NCBI GenBank assembly: GCA_007279945.1
Contig: QYPG01000013.1
Location: 31,849-55,848 of the forward strand
DNA length: 24,000 nt
Source: Streptomycetaceae bacterium
Lineage (GTDB): Bacteria > Actinomycetota > Actinomycetes > Nanopelagicales > Nanopelagicaceae
Direction: 5' to 3'
The notes under the pieces were generated by a model. It ran no database searches and was not told the origin of the DNA. It was given only the letters and a program-made list of their open reading frames with translations. Of this stretch, positions 16,324 to 23,932 are shown one piece after another; position 1 is the first letter of the stretch; every line of letters starts with the position of its first letter. A program made the translations under genes and the position numbers.

Positions 16324-17388
16324 ATGAAGTTCTTGCGCAGGGACTTAGAGGAGCCAAATCCTAGGGACCTGCCCGAGATGCTCCTTGAAACGCTGAGCCA
16401 ATTAGACGGGGATTCAATGATTGTCGCCCCTGGCGAAGTCCCACTGTTTATTACCCCTGGTATCGAGGCTCTAGGCATTTTCAAAGATGGCAAAATTCAA
16501 AGCTCCGAGCTTCTTGCAACCGTTCGAGTAGTTCGTCGCACCAATAATCAACAAGTTGGAAAAATTGAAATCCCTCGCGGCCCAATTGGTGAAGGCAAAC
16601 ATGAGCTCACAGTAAAAGTCTTACCTTTAACAAAAGATGATTTGGTACTGGTACTTGTTAGTGATGAAAGTGAAGCACAACGAGTGCACGATATACGACG
16701 AGATTTTGTTGCAAATATATCGCATGAGTTGAAGACTCCTATCGGCGCACTTTCACTATTGAGTGAGGCAGTCCTAGGATCAAAAGATGATCCTGAATCC
16801 GTCGTTAAGTTTGCAACCCGTATGCAGGCTGAAGCTAAGCGACTTACTGATTTAGTGCAAGAGATTATTCATCTCTCTAGAGTTCAAGACTCTGATCCAC
16901 TTCAACTTGCGCAAGAAGTCGGCGTGGAATATTTGATTCGTGAAGCTATTGATCAATGTCAGATTGCTGCTGATAATCGAAAAATTACTGTCACGTATGC
17001 CGAATCAACATCAGCAATTGTTCTAGGTGACCGTGATCAGTTAATCATGGCACTTCATAATCTGGTAGAAAATGCCATCAACTACTCCCCTGAAAATACA
17101 AAAGTTTCTATCTCAACCTCGGCAGAAAATAATGTAATTAGCATTGCAATAACCGATCAGGGAATTGGAATTTCTGATTCAGAACAAGATCGAATCTTTG
17201 AACGTTTTTACCGTGTTGACCCAGCGCGCTCTCGTCAAACTGGTGGAACTGGACTTGGTCTTTCTATCGTTAAGCATGTTGCCGCTAAACATGGTGGTGA
17301 AGTGAAAATCTGGAGCGTTGAAAACGTCGGGAGTACTTTTTCTCTTCGATTACCCATCTATCTACCACCTACGGAGAGCACAGTATGA
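16324..17388 (+). CDS. senX3: Sensor histidine kinase, SenX3/PhoR-like, with no transmembrane segment
   Basis: H-box RRDFVANISHELKTPIGAL, N-box LVENAINYSP, G-boxes DQGIGI and GGTGLGLSIVKH. The N-terminal ~120 aa is soluble and PAS-like. An in-frame stop at 16312 excludes any longer N-terminus. Confidence 0.85.
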   Translation: MKFLRRDLEEPNPRDLPEMLLETLSQLDGDSMIVAPGEVPLFITPGIEALGIFKDGKIQSSELLATVRVVRRTNNQQVGKIEIPRGPIGEGKHELTVKVLPLTKDDLVLVLVSDESEAQRVHDIRRDFVANISHELKTPIGALSLLSEAVLGSKDDPESVVKFATRMQAEAKRLTDLVQEIIHLSRVQDSDPLQLAQEVGVEYLIREAIDQCQIAADNRKITVTYAESTSAIVLGDRDQLIMALHNLVENAINYSPENTKVSISTSAENNVISIAITDQGIGISDSEQDRIFERFYRVDPARSRQTGGTGLGLSIVKHVAAKHGGEVKIWSVENVGSTFSLRLPIYLPPTESTV

Positions 17389-18071
17389 CCAAAATATTAA
17401 TCGTTGAAGATGAAAGCTCTTTTTCAGAAGCCCTAGCATTTCTTTTAGGTAAAGAGGGTTTCCAAGTAAGTGTGGCCGAAGATGGACGCGCAGCCCTCAG
17501 TATGTTTAGTAAAGAGGGTGCAGACCTAATCCTGCTAGATCTTATGATCCCTGAAATCTCTGGCGTCGATGTATGTCGAACAATCAGAACAACATCTCAA
17601 GTTCCAATCATTATGTTAACGGCCAAAGATGCCGAAATCGACAAGGTCGTTGGCCTAGAACTTGGCGCAGATGACTACGTTACCAAGCCGTATTCCTCAC
17701 GCGAATTAATTGCTCGTATTAAGGCCGTACTTCGTCGGGGAATATCTGATGCTGATTTAAATGGTGACCTTGAAGTTATCTCTGTTGGACCTATCCGACT
17801 AGATACTGCACGTCACCAAGCATCAATTAATGGAAATCCAATTGCGCTTCCATTAAAAGAGTTTGAGCTTCTTGAATTCCTAATGCGCAACTCTGGTCGT
17901 GTATTGGCCCGTTCACAGTTAATCGATCGCGTCTGGGGTGGCGATTATTTTGGTGATACTAAAACACTGGACGTTCATATCAAACGCTTGCGCGCAAAGA
18001 TTGAAGTTGATCCAGCTAATCCAGTATTAATTCAGACTATTCGCGGCTTAGGTTACAAACTAGAGAGTTAA
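17385..18071 (+). CDS. regX3: OmpR/PhoB-family response regulator (RegX3/PhoP-like)
   Basis: Receiver domain (ILIVEDE, DLILLDLMIPEISG, LTAKD). Winged-helix output domain (LTLKEFELLEFLMRN...VHIKRLRAKIE...IQTIRGLGYKL). ATGA overlap with the kinase gene. Confidence 0.9.
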   Translation: MTKILIVEDESSFSEALAFLLGKEGFQVSVAEDGRAALSMFSKEGADLILLDLMIPEISGVDVCRTIRTTSQVPIIMLTAKDAEIDKVVGLELGADDYVTKPYSSRELIARIKAVLRRGISDADLNGDLEVISVGPIRLDTARHQASINGNPIALPLKEFELLEFLMRNSGRVLARSQLIDRVWGGDYFGDTKTLDVHIKRLRAKIEVDPANPVLIQTIRGLGYKLES

Positions 18072-18139
18072 CACTGAGAGTTGGCACTCACTACCTAGTT
18101 ATGAGAGCCAATCGAGACACTTGATCTGGACATTGAAAT

Positions 18140-18145
18140 TAAGAT
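18140..18145 (+). promoter_or_regulatory. Candidate -10 hexamer TAAGAT for a leaderless glycyl-radical-enzyme transcript
   Basis: TAAGAT-TTATGC-ATG with no SD. I found no convincing terminator in 18072..18139, so read-through from regX3 is also possible. Confidence 0.3.
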
Positions 18146-18151
18146 TTATGC

Positions 18152-19687
18152 ATGACTTCCTTACAAGATATCCGTGCGGTAGTAACCGATCCAAAGTTTA
18201 CTTACCGTCAGCGCGTCTCGGCACTTGCACAATTAGCTGAAAATCTTCTAGATCCACCGGCCGTGCGCAAGCAGTGCAGTGATGCTCTCACAAATCGAAT
18301 TATCTGCGATATGTATGAGGGCCATGCTCCATATCGCCCACGTTACTTATTGCCCGATTACAAGAAAGTACTCGTTAACGGTTCCTCCTTTCTGGAAATC
18401 CCCGCGGCTAAAGATCTAGATGATGCCTTAGCTTTTCTATTAATTATGTACTCATCTACTCCATCGATAACAGGTTATCCGGTTTATTTCGGTGATCTAG
18501 ATTCACTGCTACTTCCTTATATCGAAGGCGTTACCGATGAGGATCTGTATTCCAAGCTCAAGCGCTTCTGGATAAGCCTGGATCGAATGTTTCCTGATGC
18601 CTTTGCTCACACCAATTTAAGTCCAGTCTATAACCGTGTCTCAAAGATGATTTTTAAATTGGAGCGCGAATTGTTGCAAGTTGTTCCAAATATCTCACTG
18701 AAAGTAGACCCAGTATTAACGAGTGATGAATATATTTTGGATGCAGTGAAGACTGTCTTTGAATGCGGCAAGCCACACTTCATCAATGACGTCATGATGA
18801 AATCAGATCTTGGCGAAAACTATGCCGCAGTCAGTTGCTATAACTCACTTAAAATTGGTGGTGGCGCACATACCTTGGTTCGAATAAACCTTAAGGCAAC
18901 GGTTGAGGCTGGTTGTGGTGGAGTCGAGAGTTTCTTTGAAGCTACGCTTCCTTATTACTTAGATTTAACCGCTGAATTGATGGAGTCACGAATTATCTAT
19001 TTGGTTGAAGAGTCACACTTCTTTGAATCAAACTGGTTGGTTGCCGAAGGACTTCTTGACCTCGATAAATTCTCTGCGATGTTTGGCATCTTTGGTTTAG
19101 CTGAAGCAGTAGATATTTTGATGCAGCAAGAGGGTGTCGAGGGCACGTACGGCCATAGTATTGCCGCCGACGACCTTGGCTATCGCATTACATCTTTCAT
19201 CGCCGATTGGGTATCAAAGCGCAAAATGCCTTACTGTGATGGCAATGATGGCTATGCGTTTCTGCATTCACAATCAGGTATTGATCTAGATATTGGCGTC
19301 ACCGCTGGAACTCGAATCCCCATTGGTACGGAGCCTCCACTAATTGCCCATCTAAAAACTGTCGCTCGTCACCATCACTTATTCCAATCAGGTATCAGTG
19401 ATGTTCTATCCTTCGATGAAACCGCTGTTAAGAATCCACAAGCAGTCGTTGACGTAATCCGAGGCGCCTTCAAGAGTGGAATGCGCGATTTCACCTTCAA
19501 TTTAGATAGCAATGACTTCATTCGAATCACTGGCTATTTAGTACGCAAATCCGATTTAGCAAAGATGCCAGCTGCACGACACGGCAGTACCTTCCTTGGC
19601 GCAGGCTCAGTCGCCGACTCACATGTTGATCAGCGAAATGTGAAGCGGGTGACCAGTGCCGAAAGCTCCCCAAGCTCAAGTAGCTAG
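18152..19687 (+). CDS. YjjI-family glycyl-radical enzyme (short GRE, substrate unknown)
   Basis: 511 aa. C-terminal glycyl-radical fingerprint FIRITGYLV (Gly461, codon 19532..19534). Cys-loop AVSCYNSLKIGGG (Cys229, codon 18836..18838). Blocks CDMYEGHAPYRPRYLLPDY, PHFIND, HHHLFQSGISDVLSFDET and AFKSGMRDFTFN match E. coli YjjI as I remember it. A cognate activase gene follows immediately. Confidence 0.8.
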   Translation: MTSLQDIRAVVTDPKFTYRQRVSALAQLAENLLDPPAVRKQCSDALTNRIICDMYEGHAPYRPRYLLPDYKKVLVNGSSFLEIPAAKDLDDALAFLLIMYSSTPSITGYPVYFGDLDSLLLPYIEGVTDEDLYSKLKRFWISLDRMFPDAFAHTNLSPVYNRVSKMIFKLERELLQVVPNISLKVDPVLTSDEYILDAVKTVFECGKPHFINDVMMKSDLGENYAAVSCYNSLKIGGGAHTLVRINLKATVEAGCGGVESFFEATLPYYLDLTAELMESRIIYLVEESHFFESNWLVAEGLLDLDKFSAMFGIFGLAEAVDILMQQEGVEGTYGHSIAADDLGYRITSFIADWVSKRKMPYCDGNDGYAFLHSQSGIDLDIGVTAGTRIPIGTEPPLIAHLKTVARHHHLFQSGISDVLSFDETAVKNPQAVVDVIRGAFKSGMRDFTFNLDSNDFIRITGYLVRKSDLAKMPAARHGSTFLGAGSVADSHVDQRNVKRVTSAESSPSSSS

Positions 19688-20354
19688 CATCATTCCTTTT
19701 TCTTGGGTCGATGGCCCAGGAAATCGCTTCGTTCTCTTTTTACAGGGATGTAACTTCAACTGTCTGGTGTGCCATAACCCTCACACAATTCCGCTTCATA
19801 CTCCGCGGGCAAATGAGATGAGCGTGCAAGAAGTTCTTATTGAGATTAGAAGTGCGATGCCATATATATCTGGCATCACTGTCTCGGGTGGTGAAGCAAC
19901 ACTGCAACATGAATTTGTTCTAGAACTCTTTAAAGAGATTAAGAAACGCTCTGAGTTTGAACATTTAACGACCATGATTGATAGCAATGGAAATGCACCG
20001 CAAGAAGTATGGGATCTTATGGCCCCATATACCGACGGTGTAATGCTGGACCTTAAAGCCCTAGATGATGCCAGTCATATCGAGCTCACCGGAAGTTCCA
20101 ATACAGTAGTTTTGGAGTCAATTAAATATTTGGATTCGATTAATAAACTATATGAAGTCCGCCTGCTCTTGGTTCCAGGCCACAACGACTCAGATGAAGT
20201 GCTAATCACGACTGCCTTATGGCTCAAAAAAGTTAACCCTAATATGAAAATTAAGATTAACGCCTTTAAAACACATGGTGTGCGAGCTAGTGCTCGCGAA
20301 TGGCCTGAAGTAAGTGATAGAGATTTAGTTCGCTATCACGCCATCATTGATTAA
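19656..20354 (+). CDS. Glycyl-radical enzyme activating protein (radical SAM, YjjW/PflA-like)
   Basis: 232 aa with a GTG start overlapping the GRE gene by 32 nt. N-terminal SWVDGPGNRFVLFLQGCNFNCLVCHNP carries the CxxxCxxC cluster (19749..19772). SAM-binding block GITVSGGEAT. These three Cys are the only cysteines in the protein. Confidence 0.85.
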   Translation: MPKAPQAQVASIIPFSWVDGPGNRFVLFLQGCNFNCLVCHNPHTIPLHTPRANEMSVQEVLIEIRSAMPYISGITVSGGEATLQHEFVLELFKEIKKRSEFEHLTTMIDSNGNAPQEVWDLMAPYTDGVMLDLKALDDASHIELTGSSNTVVLESIKYLDSINKLYEVRLLLVPGHNDSDEVLITTALWLKKVNPNMKIKINAFKTHGVRASAREWPEVSDRDLVRYHAIID

Positions 20355-21691
20355 ATCGAAGCGAAAGCCTCGTCTAAAACGCTCATAGCATCAAGTAATA
20401 ATTCATCAGAAATTACTAATGGAGGCAAAAAGCGGACTACGTTGGAATACGTTCCAGCAGTAAGTACGAGGACGCCCTTGCTTTGGCAGTACTTAACCAC
20501 GGCATTCATGGCAGCTGTATTTGGATTCTTAGTTCCAGCTTCTACTAATTCAATAGCCTGCATTGCGCCTCGGCCGCGAACTTCACCAATAACTGGATAC
20601 TTCTTGGCGAGCGCACGTAGTGAATCACCCAGAATTGTGCCGATATGTTGGGCGCGGGCAACCAAGTTTTCAGCCTCGATGGTTTCAAAAACGCCAAGAG
20701 CTGCCGCACATGCAAGTGGATTTCCTCCGAAGGTTCCCCCTAGGCCTGATGCATGAACTGAGTCCATCACATCGGCTCGGCCAGTAATGCCTGCAAGTGG
20801 CAATCCGCCTGCAATTGCCTTAGCCGTGACAACCATATCTGGCACAACATTTTCTTCTTCCATAGCAAACATGTGGCCAGTACGAGCAAAGCCAGTCTGT
20901 ACTTCATCGGCGATAAAGAGGATTCCATTATCTGATGAGTATTTTGACAGTGCGGGCAGGAAACCCTTGGGCGGGACGATGAAGCCACCCTCGCCTTGAA
21001 TTGGCTCGATTAAAATCGCGGCAACGTTATGCGCACCAATCTCTTTTTCAATTTTATGCGTCACCATCTCAATTGCATCTTCAGTAATCGTCGCCTGATT
21101 GCCAACCCAGTGGAATGAGTACGGCATAGGCACTCGATATACCTCGGGGGCAAACGGACCAAAGCCCTCTTTGTACGGCATGTTCTTGGCAGTCAGGGCC
21201 ATGGTTAAATTAGTGCGGCCGTGATAACTGTGTTCGAAAACAACAATCGCTGGACGCTTCGTGAAGTGACGCGCAATCTTGACTGCATTCTCAACAGCTT
21301 CGGCACCTGAGTTAACTAGCAACGACTTCTTCTTATGGGTTCCCGGAGTGAGTTCATTTAATTTTTCGCATACTTCGATGTAATTCATATACGGTGCAAC
21401 TGTGAAGCATGTGTGAGTAAATGCCTGCACTTGCTCAATGACTCGATCTACAACGCGGCTGGCGGAGTTACCAACGCTGACCACACCGATACCTGAACCC
21501 ATATCGATAATCTGATTACCATCGATGTCCAGCAAGATCGCATCACTGGCACGTTCAATAATTACTGGAATCGCAATTCCCAATCCCCCTGATGTCGCCT
21601 CACTGCGACGCTTGAGCGCCTCTAATGATTTTGGTCCTGGAATAGCAGTGACCAGACGGCGTTCTTGGGTCAGATTAGTCAGTGTGTTCAT
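20351..21691 (-). CDS. gabT: Class-III PLP aminotransferase, 4-aminobutyrate/omega-amine aminotransferase-like
   Basis: 446 aa. Blocks SGAEAVENAVKIAR and FIADEVQTGFARTGHMFA. PLP-lysine block VTAKAIAGGLP. GGTFGGNP. The symbol is tentative because the amine substrate cannot be read from sequence. Confidence 0.8.
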   Translation of the reverse strand: MNTLTNLTQERRLVTAIPGPKSLEALKRRSEATSGGLGIAIPVIIERASDAILLDIDGNQIIDMGSGIGVVSVGNSASRVVDRVIEQVQAFTHTCFTVAPYMNYIEVCEKLNELTPGTHKKKSLLVNSGAEAVENAVKIARHFTKRPAIVVFEHSYHGRTNLTMALTAKNMPYKEGFGPFAPEVYRVPMPYSFHWVGNQATITEDAIEMVTHKIEKEIGAHNVAAILIEPIQGEGGFIVPPKGFLPALSKYSSDNGILFIADEVQTGFARTGHMFAMEEENVVPDMVVTAKAIAGGLPLAGITGRADVMDSVHASGLGGTFGGNPLACAAALGVFETIEAENLVARAQHIGTILGDSLRALAKKYPVIGEVRGRGAMQAIELVEAGTKNPNTAAMNAVVKYCQSKGVLVLTAGTYSNVVRFLPPLVISDELLLDAMSVLDEAFASI

Positions 21692-21747
21692 GGTTAAAGT
21701 CTAAGCCCATATTTCCCAAGCAAAGCCCTAAAAGTTAGGCTAAGACC
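21692..21747. promoter_or_regulatory. Divergent control region with two leaderless-type -10 hexamers
   Basis: Minus strand: TAGACT (21703..21698)-TTAACC-ATG for the aminotransferase. Plus strand: TAGGCT (21736..21741)-AAGACC-ATG for the decarboxylase. Neither start has an SD. Confidence 0.4.
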
Positions 21748-23181
21748 ATGAGTTCACTGAGAGTTTCGGCACCGTTATTAGATGCCTACCTTTCTTACTT
21801 TGAGAGCAAGCGAACTCCTTTCACGATCCCTGGGCATAAGCAACGGGCATCACGCTTAGATGCTGGGCTTGGACAGGTTGTAGATAGCGACACCCCTCTC
21901 TACGGCGGCTTAGATGAAATTAAATTAACGCACCAGGTTTTACGAAAAGCTGAAAGCTTGGCGGCCACATTATGGAACGCTGACTACGCCAGGTTTTCAA
22001 CTGGTGGATCTACACATGCCAACCAAGCGATCATCTTGGCTCTTGGTAAACCTGGCGACAAAGTTGCACTCTCACGAACTGCCCATCGCTCAGTCTTAAG
22101 TGCATTGGTGCTTGCTGGCCTTGAACCAATCTGGCTATCACCCGATATTGATGCGGCAACTGGAGTCCCAATTGGAATCTCTGTGCAAGAGTTTGAAAAA
22201 ATTTTACATCAAAATCCAATTGCGCTGTTGCTCACCGAGCCCGGTTACCTTGGAACGCTCTCGGATTTATCTGCACTCATCACATCTGCGCATTCACTTT
22301 CAATTCCCGTCATCGTCGATGCTGCCTGGGGTGGACACTTTGGTTTTTCTCAATCAGTGCCCGCGCACTGTCTTGCCTTAGGAGCCGATGCATTAATTAC
22401 AAGTACGCATAAAGCGCTTCCTGGATACAGCGCTTCGGCAATCTTGCTAGCACAAGGAAAATATTTAAATCTAGATCGCATCGAGCAAAGTTTTGAGACT
22501 ACTCACACAACGTCTCCGGCGGGTGCCCCGCTTGCCTCAATCGATGGCTGTCGTGCGCTTTTACAAACTCGCGGAGAAGAGTTAATTCAAGAATTAGTCA
22601 CTAATGTCGAGAAATTTAAGAGCGATGTCCAATCTAATTTTGAAATCCCAATCTTCTTAAACACATCGGATTTTCCATTAGGCCGTTTTGATCCAACAAA
22701 GATTGTTCTACGCGCCAATCAATTGGGTGCATCTGGCGTGGAAATTGAAAAAACTTTACAGCTCAGTAATATCCGCGTAGAGATGGCCGATAGCGACACG
22801 GTAGTCTTCTTAGCAACCTTGGCCGATTCCACCCCCGAGTTTGATGAGCTTGCCGATACATTAACTCCTATTCTCAAAGCTCTTGCCACATCGCCTCGAG
22901 CTAGCGCGACATCACTAAGTTGGTCCGTATTGCCCCAAGTGGGAGTTTCAATGCGCCAGGCTTACTTTGCCGATACTGAAATGGTTGTGGCCGCCGATGC
23001 AACCGGCCGCATTTCAGCCGACTTAATTGCCCCATATCCACCAGGGGTCGCTGTTGTAGCACCGGGAGAAGTATTGACCTCAACTATTATCGAAGGCTTA
23101 GCTACAACAAAGGCGGCCGGAATACGCATTGCCTATGCCACCGATCCCACACTATCTACATATCGAGTAGTTAAAAGTTAA
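21748..23181 (+). CDS. Fold-I PLP-dependent Orn/Lys/Arg decarboxylase family protein
   Basis: 477 aa. N-terminal FTIPGHKQ and GGSTHANQA. PLP-lysine block ITSTHKALPG. C-terminal IAPYPPGVAVVAPGE typical of the OKR_DC_1-type decarboxylases (SpeA/YaaO-like). The substrate is not assignable by eye. Confidence 0.8.
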   Translation: MSSLRVSAPLLDAYLSYFESKRTPFTIPGHKQRASRLDAGLGQVVDSDTPLYGGLDEIKLTHQVLRKAESLAATLWNADYARFSTGGSTHANQAIILALGKPGDKVALSRTAHRSVLSALVLAGLEPIWLSPDIDAATGVPIGISVQEFEKILHQNPIALLLTEPGYLGTLSDLSALITSAHSLSIPVIVDAAWGGHFGFSQSVPAHCLALGADALITSTHKALPGYSASAILLAQGKYLNLDRIEQSFETTHTTSPAGAPLASIDGCRALLQTRGEELIQELVTNVEKFKSDVQSNFEIPIFLNTSDFPLGRFDPTKIVLRANQLGASGVEIEKTLQLSNIRVEMADSDTVVFLATLADSTPEFDELADTLTPILKALATSPRASATSLSWSVLPQVGVSMRQAYFADTEMVVAADATGRISADLIAPYPPGVAVVAPGEVLTSTIIEGLATTKAAGIRIAYATDPTLSTYRVVKS

Positions 23182-23183
23182 AG

Positions 23184-23927
23184 ATGTTCGAGTTTCATAA
23201 CCTCGCAATTGCACTATTTCTTTTTCTTGGAGCGATTCTTTATACCTCTGTCGGGCACGCCGGAGCATCTGCCTATATTGCAGTAATGACTCTCTTTGAT
23301 CTACCCGCCGTAGTGATAAAGCCAACGGCGCTCACGCTCAATATTTTCGTCTCTTTCTTTGCTAGCTGGCGCTACATAAAGCGAGGGCTCTTTAATAAGA
23401 GACTCTTGATCTACCTGAGTATCGGCGCGATACCTGCAGCGTTTATTGGAGGCCGCATTGACTTGGCCGACACAATCTATAAACCCATTATTGGTGTGTT
23501 GTTACTTTTTTCAGGCCTGCGCTTTGTTGTGCAATCTCAGCAAGCAGATAAAACTAAGCGAGAAGTAATTCCTGTCTTGGCGATCTTTATCGGCGTTTGT
23601 GTTGGCTTATTATCTGGAGTCACAGGTACCGGAGGCGGCATTTTCTTGTCCCCCCTCATTATTTGGCTGGGGTGGACAACCGTGAAATCGGCAAGTGGAA
23701 CAGTGGCCGCCTTTATCTTTCTCAATTCGCTCTCGGGCTTGTTGGGCAACTTCGCTTCTACTTCTTCACTTCCCCCAACGTTGCCGTTATTTTTAGTGGC
23801 AGTTGTACTCGGCGCCGCTATCGGGACACAATATGGAACTACTCGTTTTTCACATAGTGGAATCAAACGGGCTCTAGGTTGTGTACTAATCATCGCAGGA
23901 ATAAAGTTTTTGTTAGTACTAGCATAG
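23184..23927 (+). CDS. TauE/SafE (DUF81) family anion-export permease
   Basis: 247 aa with about 7-8 TM helices. It shows the internal duplication typical of the family. Glycine-rich GVTGTGGGIFLSPL block. Starts 2 nt after the decarboxylase stop, so it is probably co-transcribed. Confidence 0.85.
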   Translation: MFEFHNLAIALFLFLGAILYTSVGHAGASAYIAVMTLFDLPAVVIKPTALTLNIFVSFFASWRYIKRGLFNKRLLIYLSIGAIPAAFIGGRIDLADTIYKPIIGVLLLFSGLRFVVQSQQADKTKREVIPVLAIFIGVCVGLLSGVTGTGGGIFLSPLIIWLGWTTVKSASGTVAAFIFLNSLSGLLGNFASTSSLPPTLPLFLVAVVLGAAIGTQYGTTRFSHSGIKRALGCVLIIAGIKFLLVLA

Positions 23928-23932
23928 GCACA

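Noticed and set aside
18072-18151. Pho-box or terminator between regX3 and the glycyl-radical enzyme gene
   Set aside because: There is no GTTCA-type 11-nt repeat and no stable GC-rich hairpin with a U-tract. The Pho link of the GRE therefore rests on adjacency only.
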